Of a stretch of DNA of 64,000 nucleotides, positions 1 through 24,059 are shown piece by piece. The translations under genes were made by a program, and so were the position numbers. Positions within the stretch are counted from its first letter, which is position 1; each line of letters opens with the position of its first letter. Source of the stretch: the human T2T-CHM13v2.0 reference genome, Homo sapiens. The DNA lies in the NCBI RefSeq assembly GCF_009914755.1, contig NC_060943.1, one strand, 5' to 3'. The notes beneath the pieces were generated by a model, which was given only the letters and a program-made list of their open reading frames with translations, searched no databases and was not told where the DNA came from.

Positions 1-182
1 AGTCTGTCTGACTCCAGCATTTACCTCTCTGCCACCCAGCTACATGCCCCACCCTGAGTACTCAGTAAATGGCCAGAGAGTTGAGGGGGAGGAAACTGCT
101 GCAGATGGGTGCCAGGCAGGGCTTTAACGTTTCCCTCACCCCAGTTGCCCAGCCTGCCCACCTGACCTTCCGTCTTTTGCAG

Positions 183-300
183 AGCGTCCAGCAGAACGGC
201 TCCATCTACATCCACGTTTACTTCACCAAGAGTGGCTTCCACCCAGACCCCCGGCAGAAGGCCCTGTACCGCCGGCTTGCCACAGTCCACATGTCCCGGA
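183..300 (+). CDS. CLPTM1: CLPTM1 coding exon (probably exon 5) SVQQNGSIYIHVYFTKSGFHPDPRQKALYRRLATVHMSR
   Basis: ttttgcag|AGC...CGGA|gtaagt; 118 nt, phase 0 to 1. Confidence 0.95.
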
Positions 301-673
301 GTAAGTCGCTCCCCTGCAGCCAGGACCCACTGTCCAGGAGGCCAGCATCCTGGGAGCCCCCAGGCTAATGTGGCGGACAAATCCCAAGTCCAGGAGGGCA
401 GGCAGGAAGCCTGTGCTCAAAGAGGGTGGGATTGGCAGGGCAGGCTCAAGCCCCACCCAGCCTGAAAGAGCCCTGTGGACACTAAGCAGGGATACCCACG
501 GAGGAAGGGAGACCCACGGAGGCTCAGGGACCAGAGAGAAATTGGCCAGAAAAAGCAGCTGGAGACAGGGACTCTTGGAGAGGAGGAGACGTCCTTCACC
601 AAGGGGGAAGGGCCAGGGTTGACTTTTGCACAGTAGGGGCCTGATAGAAGTAGACACTCAAAAATAATTTGTG

Positions 674-1501
<828 letters not shown>

Positions 1502-1504
1502 CTA

Positions 1505-1759
1505 CCACTTCTACTCCCATGATAACTCATTAATCCATTAAACCACTAATCCATGAATGGGTTAATCAGTTCCTGAGGGGAGGGTCCTCATGACCCAGTC
1601 ACCTCTTAAAAGCCTCATCTCTCAGTACTGGCACATTGGGGATTAAGTTTCACTGGGAGTGGGGAGTACTAGAGTACATCAGTAGTCCCAGCTACTTGGG
1701 AGGCTGAGGTGGGAGAATCAGCATGAGTTTTGGCCAGGACAAACATTCAAACCATAGCA
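1505..1759 (-). mobile_element. MaLR LTR fragment (MST-like)
   Basis: cctcatgacccagtcacctctt...cacattggggattaagtttca...catgagttttgg...aaacattcaaaccatagca resembles an MST/MLT1A end. Confidence 0.7.
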
Positions 1760-2876
1760 TTGTCCGTCCTCTTGTTTTCGAGAGGTTAATAATTGTTGTC
1801 ATCTTTCTGCTTGCCTGGCTCTTTTTTTTTTTTTTTTTGAGACAGGGTCTCACTATGTCGCCCAGGCTGGAGTGCAGTGGACTATCTCAGCTCACCACAA
1901 TTTCCACCTCCCAAGTTCAAGCGATTCTCCCACCTTAGCCTCCAAAATAGCTGGGACTACAGGCACACGCCACTACGCCCGGCTAGTTTTTGTATTTTTA
2001 GTAGAGACGGGGTTTCGCCATGTTGGCCAGGCTGGTCTCAAACTCCTGACCTCAAGTGATCGTCTGCCTCGGCCTCCCAAAGTGCTGGGATTACAGGTGT
2101 GAGCTGCCACACCCAGCCTTGCTTGGTTCTCTGTGAGCTTTTTCCCTGAGTCTTCTGTCTCCTGATGGGCAGCCGTAGAAATCTCTTGCTGTACCTGTTT
2201 GAGCGGAGCTGGAGAATGGCTTCCTCAGAAAGCCCCCCATTCTTCTAACGGGAGTTCTGTGTACTCCACCTAGCTTTCACTTTATTGAGGACTATTCCAG
2301 ACATTCCCTGTGGATTTGGTTAAGATCCATCTGGCTGGTTTTGGGTGGCGCAGCAACAGACAGAATTCTATTTGTATGAGTTAGGTCTTACCTACTTCTT
2401 TTAGTACAAAAATATCCTAAAGGATGGTAATTTTTTTTTATCACCTATACTGGATGAAATGAAAAGTTGACTCTATGTGGGTCCCTAGAAATGACTTGGA
2501 AAGGTCTTCTGGAGTTACTTGAGCCCCTTTCTGAGTGAGTGTGTCTGCAGAATGTGCTGCGTTGGTATGTCCCACCCGGCTGACGTCCATGTGGTGAGAT
2601 CTTTGGAGAACCAGGCAGAAGTGGCTTGAGGGGGTGTGACCTACAGGGTTGGTCTCACAGATGTTTCCCTGCAGGGGGATACGTCAGGGGTCTGGGCTAA
2701 AATGCCCGATGTTTCAGAGGTCGCTCTGAAGGTGACCCAGGTGGGTGGCTCTTCACCCTATTCTTGTACCCCGTTTGACGATCACCTAATCATCCCGTTG
2801 ACCCAAATCGATGCCAGTATTTTCTGCAGTTTTGTCTTTGGTGAGTGTGATCCATGTCACTGTGTGGTGAGGTTTA

Positions 2877-5312
<2,436 letters not shown>

Positions 5313-5623
5313 AAGATTTTCCTCCAAGAAAGGGGGGCTTTTTCCTCCCCACAGGAGCCAGGTCCATCTGGTCTGGATGCCTCCAAGCTGCAGAATGTGT
5401 TCTTTGCCTGAGCCAAAGCCTCTCTCCCCTGTGCCTCCCCCTCCACCAGCCAGCGCTGCCCTCTGGGGCTCTCCCTTCCCTGGACAGTCTCTGTCAGGTG
5501 TGGACACGATTGGGGCATGTCCCCCTGGAATTTTCTCCAAGTCAACCCTTGAGTGTTGGTTTCTCCCCCTGGACACAGGAGGAAGATCCCCAATGATTTA
5601 ATAATCATAGAAATGATGAGGAT

Positions 5624-7805
<2,182 letters not shown>

Positions 7806-8054
7806 CCCTACTGAGCTGGGGTTTCTGCCTGGGGCATTTGGTGATGGTGGCGTCCCCATGATCATGAGGAACTGGGATTCGTTGAGATTTGGGGAGGCAG
7901 TTCTGGCATTCCAGGTCACATTGATCTCAGCAGGTGAGTGCAAGGTGGATGCCAGGAGACCGTGAGCCGTTGCTGGTGGGCAGGGGTCCGGGCTCTGGAG
8001 GCTGCAGGTGCCGGCAGGTCTCACGTCCCCTCCTTTCCCACCTCCCAACCACAG

Positions 8055-8140
8055 TGATCAACAAATACAAGCGCAGACGATTTCAGAAAACCAAGAACCT
8101 GCTGACAGGAGAGACAGAAGCGGACCCAGAAATGATCAAG
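8055..8140 (+). CDS. CLPTM1: CLPTM1 coding exon MINKYKRRRFQKTKNLLTGETEADPEMIK
   Basis: cacag|TGATC...AAG|gtaaac; 86 nt, completes ATG with previous exon. Confidence 0.95.
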
Positions 8141-9292
8141 GTAAACGGGCAGGGTTGTCAGGGCCTATAGGGACCAAGCCAGGCCATTCACAGCTCATCC
8201 CAGACCACTGGGGCTGTCATCTGTCACCACCACTGAACCACCATGCCGGCTCGGTCATGCCACCTCCCCTCCCTGAGCACTGGGCTCCTCCTCTGGGAAA
8301 TGGGGTCAGGAGGCAGCTGTCTCTCAGGGAGTGAGGAGGATCCCAGACAAGGTTACCTGAGCCTCTTGCCAGCCTGGGAGGGGTCTACATCACAGTCCCA
8401 TTGTCACATGAGGACACTTGCTCAGTCTCAGCCGGAAGTGGCAGGCCAGGGACTCTCACCCACACAGCCAGGCCCCAGAGCCCAAGCTCAGCCTGGCTCC
8501 AAGCACACACACGAGAATATGGCTTTAGTAGGAACTGCAGGATTCATAGTTGCTGTCACTCCCGGTGGGCTGGGGAGCCGGGCAGTTAATCTGTGGTTAA
8601 CCTGCAGTGGGCACTAAGAGACTTCCTCTCTCTGCGGGTGGTCCTGTGTTGGGGGGGTGGTCCCTGCTCATGGAGCTGAGGCCACCGTGCAAGAGTGTGT
8701 GGAGCCTGCTGTCATGAGGCTGGGCTTCGCAGCCTGGCCTAGGATGCCAGCCCTGCCTCTACCTCTACCTCGGTTTTCTACATGTGGGGTGGGAGGATCC
8801 TGTCGGTGGCCGGAAGGGTCCTGGGTGGCGGAATCTCTAAGCCTAGGGAGGAGAGCCTTCTGCCAGCAGTTGCTGTGGTGGCTGATATTCTGCTGCCAGG
8901 GTTGTCAGGGGAGATGGCTCATGCCTGTTTTCCCAGCATTTTGGGAGGCCGAAGCAGAAGGATCACTTGAGCCCGGAAGTTCAAGATCAGCCCAGGCAGC
9001 ATAGTGAGACCCCATCTCTTCCAAAAAAGAGAAAAAAGAAAGAAAGAAAAGAAGCTGTCCATGGTGGCTCACGCCTCTAATCCCAGCACTTTGGGAGGCC
9101 GAGGTGGGAGGATCGTGCTTGAGCCCAGGAATTCGAGACCAGCTTGGGCAGCATAGTGAGACCCCATCTCAGAAAAAAAAGAAAGCAAAGATTAAGATTT
9201 TCTCGGGAACCCTGGGGAGGAAGTGTACAGAGAGTGATAGTCCCCGAGCACTTCCACCTGCCTCTGAGGTCCTTCCCCCCATGTTGCCTCAG

Positions 9293-9413
9293 AGGGCTGA
9301 GGACTATGGGCCTGTGGAGGTGATCTCCCATTGGCACCCCAACATCACCATCAACATCGTGGACGACCACACGCCGTGGGTGAAGGGCAGTGTGCCCCCT
9401 CCCCTGGATCAAT
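9293..9413 (+). CDS. CLPTM1: CLPTM1 coding exon RAEDYGPVEVISHWHPNITINIVDDHTPWVKGSVPPPLDQ
   Basis: cctcag|AGG...CAAT|gtaagc; 121 nt. Confidence 0.95.
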
Positions 9414-10016
9414 GTAAGCTCCCCAGCCCTGCCAGCTGCCTGCAGAGCCTTTGAGAGGGTGCTCGGGGTCCATCTCCTTGTCTTCTCCTGGCCCTGTCCC
9501 CCTGAGAGAGCTTTCCAGGGCTCCACCCTCCCAAGCTCCCACCCTGTCCTATCCCCTTCCCATGTCCTCTCCCTCTCCCACACCACCACCCCTGGGGACC
9601 CCAGGACTGACTTCTACACGCCAGCATCGGTCCGCAATCAAGTGTCATCCAGCCCACAAACTGTTTTCAAAAAATGTCTTATCACTTGCCAGCTTTTGAA
9701 ATTGAGGCAGTATCACTTAAAAGCCACAATTTCTGGCTTATTTTATAAAACTGGGTTACATGGTCACCCACGGGGCAGCCGTGGGCTGGAGCTGAGCCAC
9801 AGCTGCCCCCTTCAGTGGGGACCTGCCTGCCCTTTGCCTCAGTCCCCTCTGCTGAGGTCAAGGCGCCCTTTAGCTCCTCATGGTGTGGCCTAGAAATGTC
9901 CCCTGTCCTCCAGTCTCTGTAGAGGGGCCCTGTTGGGTCTCTCCAGACATCTGAGGCCTGCGGGTACCCTGGCCTCCTGCCCGGGCCAAATGGTGCCCCT
10001 GCCCCACGTGCTGCAG

Positions 10017-10261
10017 ATGTGAAGTTCGACGCCGTGAGCGGTGACTACTATCCCATCATCTACTTCAATGACTACTGGAACCTGCAGAAGGACTACTACC
10101 CCATCAACGAGAGCCTGGCCAGCCTGCCGCTCCGCGTCTCCTTCTGCCCGCTCTCGCTTTGGCGCTGGCAGCTCTATGCTGCCCAGAGCACCAAGTCGCC
10201 CTGGAACTTCCTGGGTGATGAGTTGTACGAGCAGTCAGATGAGGAGCAGGACTCGGTGAAG
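10017..10261 (+). CDS. CLPTM1: CLPTM1 coding exon YVKFDAVSGDYYPIIYFNDYW...EQDSVK
   Basis: ctgcag|ATGTG...AAG|gtgagt; 245 nt. Confidence 0.96.
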
Positions 10262-10917
10262 GTGAGTGCGGCCGGTGTGGGCGGGACTTCCCGGTGCCTT
10301 CCTGGGCGCAAGAGGCCAAGAGGAAGTGTGCCAGGCCTGGGCTGTGGGACCTCCCGCCTGGTGCTCCTCTGCCCACAGTTTCACAACCTCCCAGGTCCCT
10401 TCTCCACAGTGAAAGGAAGTGGGCACCCAGCCCTCCAGCCCTAGATGACTGGGGGTCCTCTCCCCAGGCTGTTCTGTTGGACCCTTTGGGTCCAGACCTG
10501 TCCCTTCCTCCTTCTGTCCCAGACCTTGTGTCCCTGGCCCTGGCTCCAACTCTGTGTCTCTGCCATCTCACTGGGTCCTGAAATGTCAGCCTGTGTCTGT
10601 GGCGTGAGGCTCGGCTTTGCCTCCTGGGCTGTCGTCACTGTTGGGTCTCTGCTCCTGGCTCCCAGTGTCCCTTCACCCACTCCCCGCAGCACTCCCTTGG
10701 CCTCTGCCTCTTCCCCTAGTGCCATCTCCCCGTCTCTTCTGTCTTTGTGAGTCACCCTCCTCTCTCTCCCCATCTGCCCATCTCTGACCCAGTCTCCTCC
10801 TGGCTGGCCCACCTTCAGCCTCCCTCTACAGGCGGCCCCAGGGGCAGCCCTCGGGACAAAAGCTAGTGAAGGTGCTCCTGGGTGGGGACAGGCTGTGCTC
10901 ACATGTGTCCCCTGCAG

Positions 10918-11011
10918 GTGGCCCTGCTGGAGACCAACCCCTACCTGCTGGCGCTCACCATCATCGTGTCTATCGTTCACAGTGTCTTCGAGTTCCTGGC
11001 CTTCAAGAATG
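10918..11011 (+). CDS. CLPTM1: CLPTM1 coding exon VALLETNPYLLALTIIVSIVHSVFEFLAFKN (TM segment)
   Basis: ctgcag|GTG...AATG|gtagga; 94 nt. Confidence 0.95.
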
Positions 11012-12389
11012 GTAGGAACAGGACCCCAGGGCTAGTGAGAGGCTGTGCAGGGTGGGGGACAGGACCTGCCCCCTTCCTCCTCCCCTCCCTCCCCACATGT
11101 CCTCCCCCTGCCTGGGGTCTCTCAGCCCCACTCTCCAGAGGCCTAGTGAGCTGGGGAGGGGCAGTGGCCCCAAAACTCCCAACCCAGAAATTCCCACCCA
11201 CCGGGTGTGGAGCTGAGGGAGGGGCTGGCCCGCTGGTGGGGCAGAGGCCAGGCCAATACTGCCAGGAAGCAGGGCTGGGGAACTCCAGAGCCAAGAGCAG
11301 GGAAGCCCCGGAGCTGCTCCCGCCACCCTGCCCGGCAGGCTGCCTGCTGCGGGAGGCCGCTTAGGGCTGAGTGGACGGGGCCTGCCCAAGTGGGAAGGAG
11401 GAGCACTGTCCCCCAAAGGTCCCTAGGTTCTAAGGCTGACCATACTGATGGCCAGCGTTTGAGGAGAAGCAGCCACATGCCAGGCACTGTCCTGGGTACC
11501 CTCCCCAGTAGCTCCTTGAGCCCTATGGGAGCCAGAGGCTCAGGGATGTCACTTGCCCAGTCACACGGTTCCTAAGGGGCAGATGGTTCCAGCCCCAACT
11601 CTCATCTTCTAGGCCCTGCAGGCCACTTCTTCCTTGCCCAGAGCACCCCAGTCTGAAGGAGTGGCCTGCGGCCCTGTAGCTCCCGCAGGCGGCAAGAGGA
11701 ATGAGTAGTAGTATTCCTGGTATTAAGATGCTATTGCCGGCCTGGTGGTGGCTCTCGCCTGTAATCCCAGCACTTTGGGAGGCCAAGGTGGGAGGATCAC
11801 CTAAGCCCCGGAGTTTGAGACCAGCCTGGGCAACAAAGCGAGATTCGTTTCTACACAATTTTTTTTAAGAATTAGCTGGGCATGGCAGCGCGTGCCTATG
11901 GTCTCAGCTACTCGGGAGGCTTGGGCCTGAAAGGTCAAGGCTGCCGTGAGCCATGATCACACCACTGAACTCCATCCTAGGCAACAGAGTGACACCCTGT
12001 TCCAAAAAAAAGGACGCTCTTGCCATTATTGAGAACTACCATCTGGAAGAATGCAGTGTCATACGGGCACAGGAGCTGGTGCCGACCCCAGCCAGCCATC
12101 TACCAGCTGTCGCTGGGAGACGGGACCCTTCTGCCTAGGAGCTGGCTTGGCTGGGGTCCAGTGAGAAATGAGGCACAAGAAGGCTGTCCTCCCCAGTGTC
12201 ATGCAGCAGGGGGCGCAGGCCTCACTTGGCACCAGTGCTGTGTGGCCTCCCTGGTCTAAGGAGAGGCTTGGGCCCAACTGCTCCCACGAGAACCCACCAG
12301 AACCCTGTCTCCAGACCCATTCTTCTCAGTTGGGACAGGGGTCATTCTGATGGGCAGGGGTGGGTGGGGTGAGGCTATGGAGTGTGCCA

Positions 12390-12440
12390 GAGCTCTGGGA
12401 TGTGGGGGAGCTCTGGGATGTGGGGGAGCTCTGGGATGGG
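12390..12440. repeat. 18-bp tandem repeat x~3 (GAGCTCTGGGATGTGGGG)
   Basis: Read directly. Confidence 0.9.
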
Positions 12441-13232
12441 GTAGGGTGCACATGGACCAGAATTCACAGCCCTCACTCCCTGAGTGCAGAGCTGGCCCTG
12501 ACTCTGCAGGACTGCAGACCTGGCTCCACCACTGTGCTACAGACGTGGTGGCTCAGCCTCCTGTGGCTGCGGTTAGATGCTCAGCCGGGCGGGGTCAAGA
12601 GAGGGGTGTCCGTGGTGAGACCAGGGCTCAGAGAGGAGCACGCTGACATGGATCCTTGGCAGCATCTAGGCGGAGCACTGGAAGGAGCTCCAGACTGGAG
12701 CCCAGGGCCCTTGTCAGTTTCCTGAGCATGGCTGTGAGCCAGTTCCTTCCCGGTGTCAGGGCAGGGGCCTGGAGGAGGTGGTCTTGAAGTGCATGCCACA
12801 GATCTTCCTTCCCAGGGAGGGCGAGCTGGCACCATGGTGTGGCACAGACCCCGCGTCCCTTCAGATTCTGCCATGCCAGGCTGTTTGGCCTCAGGGAAGC
12901 AGCTTCCCTGACCAGTCCTTAGCACCTGGCACGTGGTGAGCCCTGTCCATGGCACCAGTCACCGTCACCATCAGTCAAGGGACTGCACCTTGGGGTGCTG
13001 GGTGCTGACGTCCTATGGGAGGGCTCCAGGGGTGCCGCCTGTCTGGTGCTCTGGGGGTCACCCAATGAATATGAGAGCCTTCCTGGGAGAGAGGGGTCTC
13101 GTTCAGCACCCCTCCTGAGGACCCAGCCCCACCCCAGGGTGTGAGGATGCAGGCCAAGGGGGCCTGAGGGAGCTGCAGTAGGGTCTCAGCACCTCCTCAG
13201 CCTCCTGGTTCCCCCCTACCCCCTGCGCACAG

Positions 13233-13423
13233 ATATCCAGTTCTGGAACAGCCGGCAGTCCCTGGAGGGCCTGTCCGTGCGCTCCGTCTTCTTCGGCGTT
13301 TTCCAGTCATTCGTGGTCCTCCTCTACATCCTGGACAACGAGACCAACTTCGTGGTCCAGGTCAGCGTCTTCATTGGGGTCCTCATCGACCTCTGGAAGA
13401 TCACCAAGGTCATGGACGTCCGG
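13233..13423 (+). CDS. CLPTM1: CLPTM1 coding exon DIQFWNSRQSLEGLSVRSVFF...KVMDVR
   Basis: cacag|ATATC...CGG|gtaagg; 191 nt. Confidence 0.96.
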
Positions 13424-13687
13424 GTAAGGCTGGGGCGCCATGCTGTCTCGGGAGCTGCAGGGGTTGGGAGGGGGTAGTGTGGCCCAGCTGGACCCTGGAG
13501 CTGGCCCCCGGGGGATTCCCAGCAAGTGCCTCACTCCCAGGACTGAGGGGATTTTCTCACCAGGGGATTTTTTGGGTCACACATGGGGCAGGGGAACTGG
13601 GAACGGTGGGGAAGGGCAGGGGCTGGTTCTGGCTTGTGGGGTGGGAGCCAGCGTAGCAACTGACCATGGCACCCACCTCATCCACAG

Positions 13688-13783
13688 CTGGACCGAGAGC
13701 ACAGGGTGGCAGGAATCTTCCCCCGCCTATCCTTCAAGGACAAGTCCACGTATATCGAGTCCTCGACCAAAGTGTATGATGAT
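13688..13783 (+). CDS. CLPTM1: CLPTM1 coding exon LDREHRVAGIFPRLSFKDKSTYIESSTKVYDD
   Basis: cacag|CTG...GAT|gtgagt; 96 nt. Confidence 0.95.
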
Positions 13784-14075
13784 GTGAGTGTCCTGCACAG
13801 TGGGCCCCTGGGGGTGGTCTCCAGGTACCCACGTATCCCTGAGGCACCCGGGGCCGGCCATCTGTCTGCCGGACCCATGCTTTACAGCCTGTGCCACATC
13901 CTCTGTGTCCCCCATCTGCCATAACTGCTTCCTGGGCGAGTCCGGAGTCCCCAGGGCTACCTGGAAATTCCCCCTGCCCGGCCTGCCAGACCAGGTGTGG
14001 TGGGTGAGGGCGGGGAGCAGGGCTGCCAGGCAGGGCTGAGGAGCTGGCTGACAGCCCCACCCTGTGGCCCCACAG

Positions 14076-14211
14076 ATGGCATTCCGGTACCTGTCCTGGA
14101 TCCTCTTCCCGCTCCTGGGCTGCTATGCCGTCTACAGTCTTCTGTACCTGGAGCACAAGGGCTGGTACTCCTGGGTGCTCAGCATGCTCTACGGCTTCCT
14201 GCTGACCTTCG
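14076..14211 (+). CDS. CLPTM1: CLPTM1 coding exon MAFRYLSWILFPLLGCYAVYSLLYLEHKGWYSWVLSMLYGFLLTF
   Basis: cacag|ATG...TTCG|gtgagc; 136 nt. Confidence 0.96.
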
Positions 14212-14522
14212 GTGAGCGGTCCGGCCGCCCCAGGAGAGAGCAGGCCCCATGCTGCGCAGGGCTCACAGCCCCAGTGTAGGAGACAGACCCATCCCCAGAC
14301 AGGGACAACCTAGGGTGGGCAGAGCTGGGATATAGGGAGGCCCGAGGGCACACATGGCCCCATCTGGGGTCAGAGAGGACTTCAGGGAGGACATGAACAG
14401 TACGCTTCAGTCCTCATTCTCAGGGGGCCTTTGTGTCTTGGGAACAAGTAAACAAGTAGGGCCAGGTGCAGTGGCTCACACCTGTTATCCCAATGCTTTG
14501 GGAGGCTGAGGCAGGAGGATCA

Positions 14523-15238
<716 letters not shown>

Positions 15239-15448
15239 GTGAGGCCCCGTGGGCAGGTGGGGGCTCCCACCGGAACAGGGCCCTGAGGCAGTCTTTAGGG
15301 CCCAGGCCTGAGGGGGTGCCACGGCCCCAGATGGGGTGCTCAGTCTGAGGGGGCTCGGCCCCGCCCTTGCATCACGCCCTCTCCACCCAGGCCCACCTGG
15401 CTGTGGACGGGCCAGCCCGACCTCACACTGCCTCCCACCCCTCTCCAG

Positions 15449-15735
15449 ATGTGGTTTTCTTCATCTACCTCTACCAACGGTGGATCTACCGCGTCGACCC
15501 CACCCGAGTCAACGAGTTTGGCATGAGTGGAGAAGACCCCACAGCTGCCGCCCCCGTGGCCGAGGTTCCCACAGCAGCAGGGGCCCTCACGCCCACACCT
15601 GCACCCACCACGACCACCGCCACCAGGGAGGAGGCCTCCACGTCCCTGCCCACCAAGCCCACCCAGGGGGCCAGCTCTGCCAGCGAGCCCCAGGAAGCCC
15701 CTCCAAAGCCAGCAGAGGACAAGAAAAAGGATTAG
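15449..15735 (+). CDS. CLPTM1: CLPTM1 last coding exon DVVFFIYLYQRWIYRVDPTRVNEFG...PAEDKKKD*
   Basis: ctccag|ATGTG...TAG. Ala/Thr/Pro-rich tail; C-terminal di-lysine (KKxx-type ER retrieval) motif. Confidence 0.96.
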
Positions 15736-16146
15736 TCGAGACTGGTCCTCACCTGCTCCGGCTCCTGGCGACCACTACCCCTGCGTCCCGGCCCCCTCGC
15801 CTCCCCTCCCTGTCGCCCTTTCCCTGGACAGATCAGGCCGGGGCGGTGGGAGGCCCGCCTCAGGTCAGGGCCCAGCGTGTGACGTAGGGGCCGGGGCAGG
15901 CCAGGGTTTGTTTGTGGAGGCGCTGTCTGTCCCTCTGTCCCTCTGTGTTTCCAGCCATCTCGCCCTGCCAGCCCAGCACCACTGGGAATCATGGTGAAGC
16001 TGATGCAGCGTTGCCGAGGGGGTGGGTTGGGCGGGGGTGGGGCCGGGCCCCCCTACGGGATGCCCACGGCCGTTCATCATCTTGTCCCTCGTCCCCCTAC
16101 CACACTCCCCCTCCTAGACCGCCGCCCTTTAACACAGTCTGGATTT

Positions 16147-16152
16147 AATAAA
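16147..16152 (+). terminator. CLPTM1: CLPTM1 polyadenylation signal AATAAA
   Basis: First AATAAA after the stop, about 410 nt into the 3'UTR. Confidence 0.85.
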
Positions 16153-17829
16153 TTCATATGGGTGTTTAACTTAAACTCAGCACTGCCCCTCCTCCTCGTG
16201 CCTGCCTTCCTCTGTTGCCTTGGAGAACAGCTTCAAGCAGGGATGAGGTGGCTTTCCTGGGTCTGGGAGAGTGACCTGCAGGGTACGGGACGTGTAAAGG
16301 TGGGGATTGTGACCTTGTGTCAAGAGCCATACCTGGCCGGGCGCAGTGGCTCACGCCTATAATCCCAACACTTTGGGAGGCTGAAGTGGATGGATCACTT
16401 GAGGTCAGGAGTTTGGGACCAGTCTGGCCAACATAGTGAAACCCTGTCTCTACTAAAAATACCAAAATTAATTGGGAATGCTGGCAGGCACCTGTAATCA
16501 CAGATACTCGAGAGGCTGAGGCAGGAGAATCATTTGAACTCGGGAGGCGGAGGCTGCAGTGAGCCCAGATCACATACTGCACTCCAGCCTGGACAACACA
16601 GCAAGATTCCATCTCAAAAAAAAAAAAAAAAGCCATACCCGCCAGGCCAGGCCTCTTCCTCACTTCTCGCCCTCCCACCAGCCCTCTGAGATTTCATTAA
16701 CTGGCCTCATTTCAGATTGCTGGGGAAGCTGCTTGCAGGGAGCTCGCTGCCCTATACCCTTTCCTGCCAGCTGCCCCTGCTGGGTGCAGGCTGGAGCCTG
16801 CCATGTGCCCGCTGAATGTCTCCTAACCCGACACCACCAGGCAGGGCCAAGTACAGCTTTCAGCCGGGTCGCCATGAGCACCTGCCACCCTGAGGCCTCA
16901 GCACAGCAGTTGGGGCACGCTAAATGTGTGCCATTGGCTTTTTGCGCTGACACCCACTCCCAATTTTGGGGAGCATGGGGGTGAAGGCTCAGCCTGCCTG
17001 AGTGGCACCTGGTTGGCTGGCTGTAGCACTCTGTGAGTGTTGGGGTGTCATATCACATCCCCGGGGCTGCCTGTGCTGACAACAGAGGTGGCATGAGTTG
17101 GATTTCCCATCCCAGCCCCTGGTGCTGGGACTCTTCGCCCACTGGATAGGTGAGCTGAGCGAGGCCTCTGTGTTCTGAGGGCTGGGGACCCTACATTCCC
17201 AGGTTTACTGTTTTGGGGGGTGGTCTCAGCAACACTTCTGGGATAGGGGGCCCAACGCTGAGGACCACACCAGGTTCCTTCAGGCTCCAGCTGCCACCCC
17301 ATATTGCAGAGCCAGTCAGGGGATCCATGAGGCCCCAGGGAGACGATGGCACCCTCGGAGCCCCATACCACAGGTCCACAGGCCATGGCAGTCTCCCATC
17401 CCTCAGGGCAGCCATGGGTCTCCATTACCCACCCCCCAACTCTATACCATTCCATGGATCCCCGGTGCCCTTGGAGGAACCCCAGCCTCTGCACCATGGC
17501 CTGACTGACAGGCTCCTAGGAACCCCGGAGGTACAGGGCTCTGCAGCCCCTTGAGACTGGTGGGCTCTCCAGCCACCTGGACTTCCTGGCCTCGTCACCC
17601 CTGGTTCTTCCTCCTCTCACAGCTCCACGCCCAAGCCTTTGACAAGGCCCATCAGCTACCCCCACAACTCCCTGGGGGTCTCACCTCTTCATTGGGACCA
17701 CCTGCTCCACCTGCTCCATGCCCCTCCTTACCCTGTGGTGTTCTTGCTCAGTGTTCTGTCTGGTCCCCTGTCCCGGTCCTGCCCTCCCCACATCCCATTC
17801 ACACTCTAGCTAGCAGCTAGAGGAAACTC

Positions 17830-23695
<5,866 letters not shown>

Positions 23696-24059
23696 CCAAT
23701 AAACATTTATTGGGCACCTACGGTGTTCCAGGCGCTGGTCTAGGCGTTGGGGTTACAACAACGCACAAAACATAAATTCTGAAGCTGACACGCTAGCTTT
23801 AAACGTTCCTTAAATATCTTCATCCTCAATTTACGGTTGAGGAAACTGAGGTGTAGCGAGACCTTGGAGGTTTCCGAAATATTATTATGGATGGCAGGTG
23901 TAGAGCCCTGGCAACCTCTCGATCCTGAAGCTCCCCTTCCAGCCTGAGAAACGGCAGGTTCAAGTCCCACTGGGAGACCAAAGCGGGGAGCGGCTCAGTT
24001 TGCCGGCTTGCTCAATGGGTAAGGCGTGATGGCTCTAAGCAGGCCTCAGTTGTCTCGTC

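Noticed and set aside
488-522. 17-bp direct repeat AGGGA(T/G)ACCCACGGAGG x2
   Set aside because: Ordinary small slippage duplication with no further structure.
15336-15997. Overlapping alternative-frame ORFs (183 and 156 aa) across the CLPTM1 last exon
   Set aside because: By-products of GC-rich coding sequence, with no independent start or splice support.
23930-23980. tRNA-like GGTTCAAGTCC...ACCA
   Set aside because: Too short, T-stem pairs poorly, no D or anticodon arm; not called a tRNA.
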